A stretch of DNA of 64,000 bases, from positions 6,534,234 through 6,598,233 of the forward strand of contig OZ316894.1 of assembly GCA_973895155.1 (NCBI GenBank), in the 5' to 3' direction. The notes under the pieces are model-generated. The model had not been told where the DNA came from, searched no databases, and worked only from the letters and a program-made list of their open reading frames with translations. Each line of letters opens with the position of its first letter. The first letter of the stretch is position 1. Source of the stretch: Marsupella aquatica. Lineage: Eukaryota > Plantae > Marchantiophyta. Position numbers and translations under genes: made by a program. Positions 11,809 through 24,060 of the stretch are shown here, piece by piece.

Positions 11809-14056
11809 TCAAACAAAATGTTCAGTGGGGTAATCTTGTTGGAAACCATTGTAATCGTAGTACAACCGTTCCCCTTTAGGAATGTCTCGAATGGCAATCA
11901 ACAGAGCTCGTGCCTCCCCATCTACGTCAAATCTAACACACCTCACGTTCTGCTTCTTTTTGCCATATCTGCATATCATAACTCTGTTAGAATGAGATAT
12001 AAATCTACTAATCCCCGAAAGTCTTCAATCTTCCACAACTGTAGGGTGGGCTTTAAACGCTACCATACAAAAACTGACAATCCAAAATGCAAGGACCATA
12101 TGAGCAACTCACGGCGTATGGTTGTTAATGCCGGACACAAATCTTGCAAGGTTCCCACGTTTATCTGGACAAATGACCAGTTCCTTCCAAGCGTCATGAG
12201 TGAAAAGAAGACCCATAATACTGTCCCCCTTGTCATGTACGCGATTACACATGAAATCCACATCCCCTGTATACTCGGAAATTATTGTCAAATCCTTGAT
12301 TGGGCTATCTGCTTCCACTACAAACCTGCACCTCAACAACAGAGAGTTGTGAAGATGTCAAAACCCATTCGCCAAGCCTACAAGACCGGCTTGAAAGAAC
12401 AAGAATGGACTATCCCACTACTTTTCATTTTCATACATAACTTCGGATATTCAATGCATGTTACAACTAACAAATTCACTCACCCTTCAAGAGGATCATG
12501 AGTCACCATGAGAGGGGGCCATTGTCCAGATCGACACATTGCTTTACTCAGATCAAACGTAGCCTTATCTTCTCTCCTCATCACCTGCAAGAAACATCGT
12601 CAAAACCGTAGCTTACAAGAAAGATCCTAATTTCTAACGAACCTCCAATTAGAGAGAAACCTAAGATCGAAAAGGTTCTTTCCATGATTAGTTACCATGA
12701 AACAACTTCATTGACAGGCGTTGGAAGAGCGTCAAGTACTAACCTGCATCCCACCTTTTTCCAAGGAGGCACAATTGGATGACCTTGGGGCAAGACCAGG
12801 AAGGTATGTGAGCTCATCACTGAAGGTGACCCCTGTGCTCATTAAGGCTGTTGCAAGCGATGCCATCTGCTCCAGTCTTCTTTTCAAATCCTTGGTAGGA
12901 GTATGCAACACCAGATTCCGGCTCCTCTTTGGTATAGTCAGACCTCCACTACTCCTCCTTCGCTTCTTTGATTCAGGAGAAGGTATTCCATGATGAAGTT
13001 TTTGTATTTGGAAAAAATCAATAATCTTCTTTTGCACCTTCGGGAATTCTGCCGAACAGAGAAAACAGAAACATAACCTGGCTTGAGGAGGTGATTTCCA
13101 ATACTTTAAAGCTTAAACTCATCAGCTTGAGAGTAACCACTTCATCAGCAGTACAGAGTGTCTATGGAGACGGTTAACCCTCTACGGTTTTCTCTGAACT
13201 CAGCGCACATACCATTGTAGAAGGCGTAGAAACTGTCTTTTGAAATTGGCATAACTCATACGACAGTTTTGTAGAATCGCACAAATCATCGTTCCAGAAA
13301 CATTCACAAAGTGTTCCCCACATCTCCGCACCATATGTCCGAGTTTGTAATGTAATGTAATGTAGAGGCATAACATCTGCATCCAGAAGTGTGGACATTG
13401 CTGTGGAAAGAATCTTTCTAGGGGTTGGGGGATGGGGTTTGACATTTCCTCCAGCGATGATCTCAAGAATATATTCTCCAGCTGGCAAAAAAAATCCTAG
13501 ACAGAGCGGGTGCAAGGAAAGAGCCTGTAAAAGGTGCCGATACCCAACATCTCATGCAGATTGAAGCCGATACATTTATACAGAGAGCTTTGATGACAGT
13601 TTGCACGAATCGAAGGAGTCCTCTGAGCTACAAAAGTGTCGATCAGACACAACAACAGTCATATGCGTAAATTTAAGTTATAGTCCAATCTGCGAGGGAA
13701 AACTCAGGTCAACTTCATCTAACTAGACGAGACCAATCGGAAAGGGAGCAGTGCTCACCAAGAATTTGAGGGCGTCGGCTGCATGACGGGCAGAACCAGT
13801 CTCCTTGTGGAAGTGAGGTTGCTCTGGGTCTGAGGCAGTACATATGAAAGCCTTTGTCACATTTGTCGCACAACAGCAATTGCTCCTCATTGTCACCCTT
13901 CGAGCATTTCTCGCAATTAACGTCATCGTAATAACTCGACCCGCATTCGCCCTCGCCAGCCCGCGCATTGTCTTCTGCTTCAAGAGCGAGGGGTCTAGAA
14001 ACCTCTGTTGAACATGATTCGCGACGCCCGTATGCTCGGAGAGCAAATTTTACCAT
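11809..14056 (-). CDS. ATXR6: ATXR5/ATXR6-type histone H3K27 monomethyltransferase (PHD, PIP box, SET); exons 14056-13759, 13048-12744, 12584-12484, 12325-12113, 11968-11809
   Basis: PHD finger CEKC…LLLCDKCDKGFHMYCL…WFCPSC, PCNA-binding box QKKIIDFF, and SET motifs EYTGDVD, RGNLARFVSGINNH and GERLYYDYNG…YPTEHFV*. All introns are GT-AG and in phase. An upstream in-frame ATG at 14119 is an alternative start, and ATXR5 versus ATXR6 cannot be resolved. Confidence 0.93.
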
Positions 14057-16717
14057 TCTGTCGCCTCGCCCGCGACGGTAGGCAACCCATATTCTACGGG
14101 TGCACAACTTGTCTGACATCCCAAGTCACGCAAACATGATCCTCTCTAGTATCGCAACAGTCCGTGGAAAGACCCACAAACTCCGACAACAGGCAGACCA
14201 TGCTCCCGATTCTTGATAGCAAAGGATCCCTGGCCAGGTACTCAGGCAAAGGATATCGGGAATCGCACCTCGCAGCCTATTTTCTCTGCCCGACTAGACT
14301 CACTCAAAACGAAGAAAATCTGGAGTAGAAGTGAGGACGAAGAAAATCTAGAGTACAAGTGAGGGCTCTCCCTAACTAAATTGCTGTCCATCTATTCGTA
14401 GGGAGAAATCGCACGGGTCAGGGGAAGAAAAGGGCGAGATTCTGAACTTTTGTCAGTTGCTTGTTAGACCACGATGATACCCGGGAGTCCCGATTGCCGC
14501 AGAGAAGTTCAAGACCCATCAATGCAGCAATTTTAGAGCGTCAAATTCAAAGATCACCGAATGCTCGAAATGCCCGTGCACAGACAGAGTGGGTGTGTTT
14601 CTAAAGCTAAGATTTCTGTGCTGAGCTCCAACAAACTGCTTCAGCCGAATGTAGTAGCGAACGACAACGACACAGAGCGTTGGTAGAGTGCTACTATTTC
14701 TTTCCGGAAGCTTGAGAACAAGCCTCGACGAGTAATGGACGACTTGAACGAACGAGAACAGAGTGAGAAGGAGAGAACAGAGTGAGAAGTGAGAGAAGGA
14801 GAGATCGCGACGAGAGGGAAAGATAGCGCACATATGAAAGCAATGGCGGGAACCAGGGCAAAAACCAACGCTACTGCAGCACATGTGAAACCAGTGGCGG
14901 GAACCCATAAGAAACCACACTACCAGTGGCGGGAACCTGGGTTCACAGCATCTGCACTGCAACAATGATATTCACTTCGATTTTCAACACTGCACCAACG
15001 TTTTCACTGAACTTTATTTCTACTAGGCCCGTGACCAGAGAAACTTAGTCACAATAGCTCAGTTTTTCATTAAGAAACGAGCCCTATGCCCGAGCTTTGC
15101 ACGGTGCAATGAGGGCTGGCCCACAGGGCGGGGGGCTGAGAAGCAAGAGAGGGCAAGTGGTAATCGAATCGAATCGAATGGATACAAAAATCCTCTAAAA
15201 TATCTAACGGCCAGATTTGATTCCCGCCAATTCTGTATTTCATAACGGGACGAACGACAAAAAAAGGCGGGATCACTTATTATAGTTGTAGATTGGGAAA
15301 ATACTATTAGGAAAATACTAGTAGGAAAATACTTTCCTCTCCTTAGTGTAAGCCATCATTGAGATAAAGTGGGGCCTAGTTACAATAAGTGTACATCCTG
15401 GGGTCTTTTTTGGGCCCCCATCACAAGTAGTGATAGCCACTTCTTTTTTCAACTTACACCAGTACACCAAATTTTTCACTGAAGTTTATTATACCAGGAC
15501 TGTCATAATAGTTTAACTTTTCAATAAGAAAGTGGGAAATATTAGTGGGAAAATCTCCTCACTGTAAGCTACCATGACAATATAGTGGGGCCTAGTCACG
15601 ACAATTGAATACTCCTCACTATAAGATACCACCACAATATACTGGGCCTGGTTACAAAAATTGTATATGCCATTCAACAAAGTTTTGTAGACAAGTATTG
15701 TAGACAAATACATCCTGGCCCCTTTTTTGGGCCCCATCACAACTTTCCAACAAAGTTCAGTCAATATTTGCAATCTGAAACTACTCTTTTGGCCTTGTGT
15801 AGAGGGAAGCCTGTAGACTATGAGTCTGTGATATAACTGAAGTTGGGATGCGAGTGAAAAGCAGGGATTATAGGCATCTAGCCTGTAATCATGATCAAAA
15901 GCTATTTGCCCGGGCCTATTTCTAGAGTGAAGCCTCTAGACTGTGACTTTGAGGGCATGACTGAAGTTTGGGTGCGAGTGGAAAAGGAGGTTTGGGGCAG
16001 GGTGAGTCTCTGAAAATTACATAGCGGGCATGAATGTATACACCTCAGCACTTGCCTAGACACTCAAGTTAGTTCTATGAAAGAGAACGGTGAGATTGAA
16101 GATGGATAAATTGTTTGAGGCAGAAATAGTTGAGTGGAAAATTAGGTGATCTATGCATTGGCCCCCTTTGTCATGTGCCTTCTCTATACCCTCATTGTGG
16201 CAAGAGTAAGGGGTTGACACCCATTGTTTTCCCTTTGCGCACTTCAAGTCACTTCAGGCCCGGGTTCTAGCCCTTAAGAGGTCTTGGGCCCTCAGTTTGT
16301 ATGTGGTCAACAGTCCCACATACAAAAGGAGTGAGGGAGCACACTTGCAATGGAAGGGGGCAGCCCGGTTTAGAGTTTTTTGGACCTGGCTCCGGCAGGG
16401 CCAACTGTGCCTCACCACATGACAGCTGACCAATGGCATCCGCCCTTGGGTTACCTACTGCAGTTACCTTAACCCCACATTCAAGATGGGGGTGCAGGTG
16501 ACAATTATAATAGTTTGGGGAAGAGGTTAGCAATTTCAGTCAACTTGGGGCCAGGGACAGGTTAGCAAAAAATGATCTAAAAAATCCATGTTACATGCCA
16601 ACTTTTGATAAACAATTACAAATAATTTAAGTAGGAATCCCTCTGGATTGATTAAGCTCGGTTTGACCTTGCCTGTCAAATTGGGCGTTGGAGGTTGTCA
16701 AACCGTCATTCTGTCAT

Positions 16718-16892
16718 CCCGGTCTCGCGGAGTTGGGTTCGGGTCCGGGTTGCAGGGTCGGGCCGGATTCGGGCTGGGTGTTAAAAGTGTTTGGCCGGGT
16801 TCAGGAGGGGTTTGGGTGGGGTCATGGCCGGGTTGGGCCTGGTTCGGGTGGGCCGGGGCTGGGTCGAGTCAGAGTCCGGGGGAGTCCAGGGG
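16718..16892. repeat. G-rich cluster of CCGGG/CGGGT motifs, resembling hAT subterminal repeats
   Basis: Many closely spaced CGGG(T/C) and GGGT units inside AT-rich surroundings. Confidence 0.5.
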
Positions 16893-18199
16893 AATCAGAC
16901 GGAATATGCATCAAATTGCACATTTTACGTGCTAAAAAAAACCAGGATACTCTGTCTAGTAAGCTCTCCATGGGATATATAAAGAAGTGCATTCGATCAA
17001 GATAGATTTAAATTAAAAACCTTTGCTTTCACGTCAGGAAGATTTTGGGATCCCGTCCGAGATTATGCCTAGTGATCAAAGCGGGGATCAAAGACAATCG
17101 TACAAATACACAACTAGCTTTCTGTTTTGGAGGATCCACATGCATGAAGTACATTCCGGCCTGACGTAGACCATTGATGCAGGAGAAGGCGACGCTGCGG
17201 CCTTTCACAGTTCTCCCACCACATCTTTTGATCAAAACCGGTTGGCAAATAGCATGGCTGAAGCGGTGGGCAATAACCTCCAGTGTGCTCAAGAGAAGCA
17301 AGAATATTTGGGGCATGACCATTGTGGTAAGCAAGAGAACTAAGAGACTCAACTGGAACAACAATAGCAACTCTTAGCTGATGGCCCTAACAGTGTGCAA
17401 GACCTCTCATATTGTGAACATCCATCAGAACTACTAACGATGTTTCATCTGTTCAAGTGTGCTGTCCATATTGGCCAACAGAATGAACTCAAGACTTGGG
17501 TAACGATTCTTCCTATGATTTCGTTGATTGATCTAACTCAAACTAGGGGACTTAAGTGATTCTTTCTACATCAAGAAAGTGGGTTGCATAATTACACAGT
17601 TGATATGTAGATTGTTAAGTGTATAAAAATATATATCAAATCAACAAGCATTTTGGATATAGACATCCATGTTGCATTGCCCTTATATATTTTAAATAAT
17701 GTCAGCATATTAATTATATATCCAATTTTTTACTTGAAGATTAAATTAATAGGTTGTACATAACTAGTAGGATGATTTTGGTGATCTGGGATATACATAA
17801 CCACTAGTCTTCACTGCCCATGCATGACCTCGGATCGGATATATATATATACTCTAGGCCCTTGACCTCCACTCCAAAGGATTAAGTCTACCATTCTTGC
17901 ATTCTAAATTTCAATCCATGAACCCTAAACCCTGAAGTGTTCAAGTGGACCATAGCATAGATTGATCATTGAAGGGCCTACATTGCTTCTTCCTGGTATC
18001 CAATTCAATGGTCTAGGTTATCCTTATCAATTCATGTTTTCCAAAGCCTCTACCCCTCCACAAGTCTGAACCCTCATCTCCCCATAACTTCAATCCAAAC
18101 GTGAACCCCTACTAGTATGCCTTTTGAGAAATTCTTGCCTTAGGATACTTAGGCTAGTATTAACATGTAAACGTATCCATGGGGTTGCCATGTATACCT

Positions 18200-18457
18200 A
18201 TTATAATAGGATGTCCATGTGTACTATTGTTATTATGATACATATCTTCATGGGCCTACTGTAGCCTCTCCCGTTCCACAAAAATAATTTGCTGAATGTT
18301 ATTTTGGTTGAATGATTCTTGCCTAATTATAGCTATTATAATAGGACATGTGTACCATTGTTATTAGATGCATATCTTCATTGGCCTATTGCCTCTCCCC
18401 TTCCACAAAAAAAATTTGCTGCATGCTATTTTGTTTGAATGAGTCTTGCCTAATTAT
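18200..18457. repeat. Diverged tandem duplication, unit of about 130 bp
   Basis: TTATAATAGGA…CATATCTTCAT.GGCCTA…TTCCACAAAAA.AATTTGCTG…TCTTGCCTAATTATA occurs twice. Confidence 0.85.
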
Positions 18458-18847
18458 AAAGGTGTATTGGAATATAAGTGGAGGTTACTGATGAAATACA
18501 ATGGCTTTTACAGCACTATAAGAATGGAATAAATTAACCATGCTAGCACAATTACGGATGTATGTACAATTGTCACACATCCATCTATTTTGTAGAATGT
18601 TCTAGTGCCACAAATGTAATACTACTCAGTTGGAAAGGATTCTTCATGTGATTCATTATTTCTAAATTGCCCATCAAATGTTAGACAAGAGAATTGTTCA
18701 ATGGACTAAGTGTAACATTCAGCTCATTATGAAATACATTCAAACAATTATCATTGCTGGATGCCAGAACTATGGTACCTACCCGGGTACCTACTTAATA
18801 CTAAATATTTTTTCCATAACATGACAAAGTGGTCCTTTCTCATGTAG

Positions 18848-21044
18848 GCTTTAGGAGAAGAGACACCTCCTTGCAGAGTTGCCTTTTTGTTCTTAACAAG
18901 GGGAGAGGTTGCTTTGGAGCCAATTTGGAGGCGTTTCTTAAAGGCCATGAGGAGTTTTACTCCATTTATGTGCACACTCGTCCAGAATTTTCCTTCACAA
19001 ACGACTCCTTCTTCTATGAGCACCAGGTGCCAAGTGAAACAGCAGAACGTTTTCACATGACACTTGTTGATGCTGTCCACAGGTACCACAGCAAAACTGA
19101 TGTATCAATATCTGTTTGTCTTGCTATCAAAAAGTTTCTTCTGTATGTTGAGTGGAACTTGAGAAATGGAAATTATTAGTATTCCAAGTAAATTGATGTA
19201 GGTCAGAAAAAAAAGGTGAACTGATTTAAGCACATTCGTCTTCTTAGTTTGCTGAGTCAAGTAACACACACATGGGACTCAACGATGAATTCCAAGTTTT
19301 TAAGTCCACACCAGACTCCACACAAGAGATTGAGTATCCCCAATACAACTTAAGGTTCACATTCCCTATGCCTAGCTCTAAAAACAAGAACATCCCATAC
19401 TCAGCCTGTTTAGTCAGAAGCAAGGAAGGTCTCAAATTTGAAGTATACGCAAGGGCATTCAAAGAGGTTTACATGTGTACATTAAGGCTTTACTTACTCA
19501 ACAAAAAGGAAATGTTTGCCCATTCAGAGTGCCTCATAAAAACTAGTTCAACTCTAGATGCAATGAGTCCACGCATTCAGCTCAACCAGCATGGAGAAGT
19601 TCACTTTAGGACCTTGGTGAACTTTCTACAACATCTATAGCAGTTCATGATCTGGAATCAAAAACAATCTCCAAAATAAAGTTTTCAAATTCAGCTCAAA
19701 TAATTGTTGAGTAAATAACCATTTTATGAGGTGTCATAATGTCCTCTAATAGTGACTCAGAAAGCAGATGATAATGTATTCACGTGTTTAGATGAATTAA
19801 TCCAACCAATGCAGGTATGGGTTCCACTGAAGGTAGGATTTTCGAGTTTGCTTAATTTCAGTGCGCAAATTAATAGTGTAGTAGTATGGTTACTCAAACC
19901 AGTGAACTCGTCTCATCCACAGAAGGGTTGTTATCCTAGGCCCGTGAACAATGGATTTTGGGTCATTCTCCCTCCTCCCTCGAAATGTATGCTCTGCAAA
20001 AAGAGGTAGCCCCAGGCTGGCAGGAGTGGTGCCCACCCATATCAATCAATTCACTACTTTTCAGTCAATTAATGAATGTGTTTGACATGGATTGAGAGTA
20101 GGCCAAGATAGAGCAGAAAGCTGGCTTTTAACGGTTGAAGTTCATACTTTGTTGACATGGTACTTGTGTAGGTTGTTGGCCCACGCTATCCTCGATCCCA
20201 TATATGGAGCCACAAATTCATGGTTTGTTTTGGCATGTGAGGCTACCATCCCAATTCGGTCTTTCAAATTCACATACAATAATCTTATGGAGTCCCAACA
20301 CTCCTTCGGGAATTCATTTAAACCACACGATCGGCCCCTCCTATGGTTTGAATTTACAAGTCAGAAACCATTTCCCAGAGATCAAGCACGAAAGGGTGAA
20401 ATGTGGTGGGCAATGAAACTTCGTCATGCACTCATGGTACTGGAGGATTGGGACCTATATTACAAACAAGCGACTTTGCATCTGGTATTGTGCGCCTGAT
20501 GAGCAATACATTCCGACTCTGTTAGGTACGTGTGTATCATCACCTATATTACAGAAGGCCAAAGCCCAGCTATGCTTGTGAATTGCATTTCTCTGTTGTG
20601 AAAAATTTGTAATCTGTTTTCAGGATTGCAATATCCTCATTTGATTCTCCCCACTCCCTTGAGAGAGGTCCCGCTTAAATGAGCTTGGACATACTGACTT
20701 TTCTATGGTGATTTGACACAGGTATGAAAGATCCAGAAGGCATTGAAAATAGAACGGTGCATTATGTCAATTGGGGAGGAAAGCATGTTTCTTCTCCCAT
20801 TGTACACGAAGCTAGCGACCTGACAGCTGACTGGTTTATAGACATTCAGAGCCGTACCATTGATCGAGATGGGCAATACTGCGACACCTCCCTGGATGCA
20901 CAACGAAGTAAGACCCTCCGAGCATCCCGAAATTGCTACTATAATGGAGTTGCAAATTCCACTTGCTTTCTCTTTGCAAGGAAAGTTACACGGGTCGCAA
21001 GAGACCATCTTGAGAGTTTACCAGAAAGCGTTTTAGAATATTAG
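18848..21044 (+). pseudogene. Core-2/I-branching beta-1,6-GlcNAc transferase-like (GT14-like/DUF266, BC10-type) gene with two frameshifts; exons 18848-19082, 20172-20525, 20722-21044; 5' part not found
   Basis: Family motifs VAFLFLTRG…W, KGHEEFYSIYVH, RLLAHAILD, FVLACEATIPIRSF, RKGEMWW, CAPDEQYIPTLL, NRTVHYVNW and CFLFARK are present with intact splice sites. The frame changes at about 18936 and about 20470. Confidence 0.85.
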
Positions 21045-22074
21045 CTTCGGGTAAACGTACAATGTGAGAGAACTGTAAGATCCGCACTAGATGTTCATTA
21101 GCAAAACTTTTACATTCTGATTTGTTTTCCAACCTGGTAAAGTGTGCTGCGGGTTCCAATCAGATACGGTCAATACCAATTTGACCTCCTTCGTCTTCAA
21201 ACTCAGAAGCAAAATGTAACATAAACTCTGAGTTCGCACAGAATCTCATGAAAGAATCTCAAATCAAGCTGAACTTAACAAGTAGATCAACTCCGAGTTC
21301 GCCCAGAATCTCGTGAAGGAGGTCTGTGGGAAAAGTGGTGCATATTTATACTTAGCGGGAACATTTCCTGGTGGGGCTAATTGCTGGTTTTGCCTCAGGA
21401 CTCTTTTACTTGTCCTCAGTGTTCTTCTCTTTTCGGACTTTTGTCGTTTGGAAGTTCTCTTGGTGCATGTGATTTTACTTGCTTCCTCGAGCGGCTGAGC
21501 AAATTATTGACATCTCATTTGTATAAAATACTTTCCAGAAACTTATGTTGTGTGAGATAGACATTTCTTTAGCTCAAAAGTTGGTATCATTCAGTTTGGC
21601 GATTTGTGCAAGTAAAGTTAACACACTTGACAAAAAGGGCAACTGAGGTTAACTGAAGTAGAAATCAACTGGTGCTAATGAAAACTTGGACACCATTGCG
21701 ACTGCCAATCAAGAATCCGGTGACAAGAAATGTGCAATACATACGTCACGCCAAGTAAAAGGACAAGAAAGAATCAACCATGATTTATTATCGTGGATCT
21801 TACAGGAAACGTCCACCTATGAGAACAGAACGCATTCCCAGAAGATGAATGCATCCTTGTACTTGTCCATTAAATCTCTCTCCTGATCCAAAAGCAACTC
21901 TTAAAACACTATCCAGTATTAATCACAAGTTACATCCGATTGCGCCACTGCTCTTCATTTTTGTTCCTAGTAAGTGCCAAACAAAGTATTCATGGCTTCA
22001 GCGACACGAGTCCCTCCATAGACGTGCCCTAAACGGCAGGAGGAAGATCCCAACTCACAAGTTCTGGAGAAAGG

Positions 22075-22190
22075 CTACTTCTTTTTGTGGAGCAAGTAAG
22101 TAGCAACTCCCCCCGCTATAAATACAGCTGGGGATCTAGCTAAAACTGCTCCTGCAATGGTGGCTGCTATTCCTACTCCAAGTGCTCCAT
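22075..22190 (-). CDS. FIS1: FIS1 alternative (distal) last exon encoding a second tail anchor
   Basis: It has the same acceptor TTCTGGACAG|ATGG and the same phase as the proximal last exon. It encodes DGALGVGIAATIAGAVLARSPAVFIAGGVATYLLHKKK*. Confidence 0.75.
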
Positions 22191-22298
22191 CTGTCCAGAA
22201 ACGAAACAAGGCAAAGATATTACTTTGCGTTTGTATGTCTGTACTTAAGGGCCACCACTTAGCGAGCTCACGGTTCATCTCAAAGATCCCAGTCAAAT

Positions 22299-24060
22299 CT
22301 ACTTCTTGCTCTTGATAAGCAGAGCTGCAACTCCACTAGCTACAATACCAACTGCCGCAGCCGCTATCCCTAATCCAATTGCGCCATCTGTCCAGAACAT
22401 AGTTGATGTGTCGGTTAGCTTAATGAGGTAGCATCCAGTCAAAATGGTGAACTCTTACCCTTGAACTCAAAAATCAAGTCTGTAAGACACTCACCCTGTG
22501 CAATTTTGTCCTCGATCATTTTCTTCAGTGACCGAGCTTGCCGAAAATCAGGAGCAATCTGCCAATGCGAGCACGTCAGTCGAAGCCCAGACAATCAGCT
22601 GCCATTTCGCTTTCACTAGTGCGGTTTCTCGAGATTTACTACCCTTATCGAACTGCAAGTCTTTATTGTAGGGTTCCATGAGAAGCTAGTCATTTGGCAC
22701 TAAAATTCCAATGAGCTGATGCGATATATACAGATCGACTGTTTACGTCACACGTCGTACGCAATGCACAAAACACCCAGAAGCAAAATACTCAAGCTAA
22801 AATTCCTGCTGGATGGCGGAGTTCACTATGAACGAAAGTAATTCAGGGTCGGTTGTCAAAGTTGCTGACAGGATGGGATAAAAATTACCTGGAGTGCATC
22901 ATCAACCAACCGTCGACTTCTTGTGTAATCACCGGCCCTAAAGTAGCCTACTGCTAACAAATATAATATTTCTCTCTTTTGAACAGCGTCCCCGTTAGCT
23001 CCCAAAGACGCTGCAAACAAAAATTTCGAAAAGTGAACAAACTTAATCAGTGACAAAATTTTCTTCTTCCCGAACTCAAGCAGACTATCACCAGAAGTCG
23101 TTGACAAGAAAAGAATCCGACGGCCGGGAGTTGGTTCCCAGACGACAGGGTTAAAAAACTATAGTTAGATATCCATACATACCTGAGAGCATTGCGATCC
23201 CGCGCTGTACATCTACAGTTTGAGGGGAATGCACCAAGGCCCACGCCAGCCTCATGATACTCTTATTTCTATCAGTTTGGCCCGTAAGACCTGCTCCCTC
23301 TTGAGCGGCTTCATGTTCACATTCCTGCAGAAGGTAACGTAACCTTTTCAAAATTGAGATCTGAACCACGAAATTTTCTGAGTGCAACAAATGAAGACAA
23401 ACTAGGAAAGTTCCACCAAACAAACAAAGTCAGTCCAGCTATGACACCAAATTCTCCTCCCACTATTCCTCCTTTGAACCAACCCAAAAGTATGCAGGAA
23501 CTTCCATCTGTCCCTCTGTACTGTAGCCCGAAACCAGGCTTCAGTACGGTTAACACCGGAATGAAGATCTATCCATCGATCCATCAGAGCATTTTCACAG
23601 CGAGAGATTATCAGCCAGCTAGCCACAGGATTTGAATACAATATAGCCTGAGTTGCTATTTGACAATTTGGCATGACAGTCATATTCCGAGGGACAGAGC
23701 TCCTTAGACAAAACCAAAGTTCAGGAATGAGGAGACTATGTACTCTCTAAGTCTCCAGACTGAGAGACAAGCACTCGAGAGTAATCTACAGTGACTTGAT
23801 CTCGGAGAAAATCGAATGGCAAGTCCTCGGCACCTCTCCAACCACACCGACACACCGATTGACCTAAAGAAACCTAAAAAAAAAACACCCGACGGGGACT
23901 AATGCGAAATCTAATTTAAAAAACCACCGCAAATTGCAACATTGATAGAGAACAACAGCGTCGACGAGAGCATGCTTACGATGATCATATCCGAATCCGA
24001 CCAAGGCAGGGCATCTCCCCCTGAAAACTTCGCAATGATGTCGTCGACCCATTTCGGCAT
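22299..24060 (-). CDS. FIS1: Mitochondrial/peroxisomal fission protein FIS1; exons 24060-23980, 23324-23183, 23010-22889, 22558-22495, last exon 22387-22299 (proximal isoform)
   Basis: LPWSDSDMII/ECE…SIMRLAWALVHS…DVQRGIAML…KREILYLLAVGYFRAGDYTRSR…IAPDFRQARSLKKMIEDKIAQ/DGAIGLGIAAAAVGIVASGVAALLIKSKK* gives the Fis1 TPR-like domain plus a tail anchor. All junctions are GT-AG and in phase. Confidence 0.93.

Noticed and set aside
11785-12501. 238-aa ORF on the + strand
   Set aside because: It is the antisense shadow of the ATXR5/6 exons and introns.
13174-13515. ORFs inside the first ATXR5/6 intron
   Set aside because: The flanking exons already join in phase and these ORFs show no recognisable similarity.
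19272-19640. 122-aa ATG ORF inside the glycosyltransferase intron
   Set aside because: I recognise no family and the flanking exons join without it. A small nested gene or TE fragment cannot be excluded.
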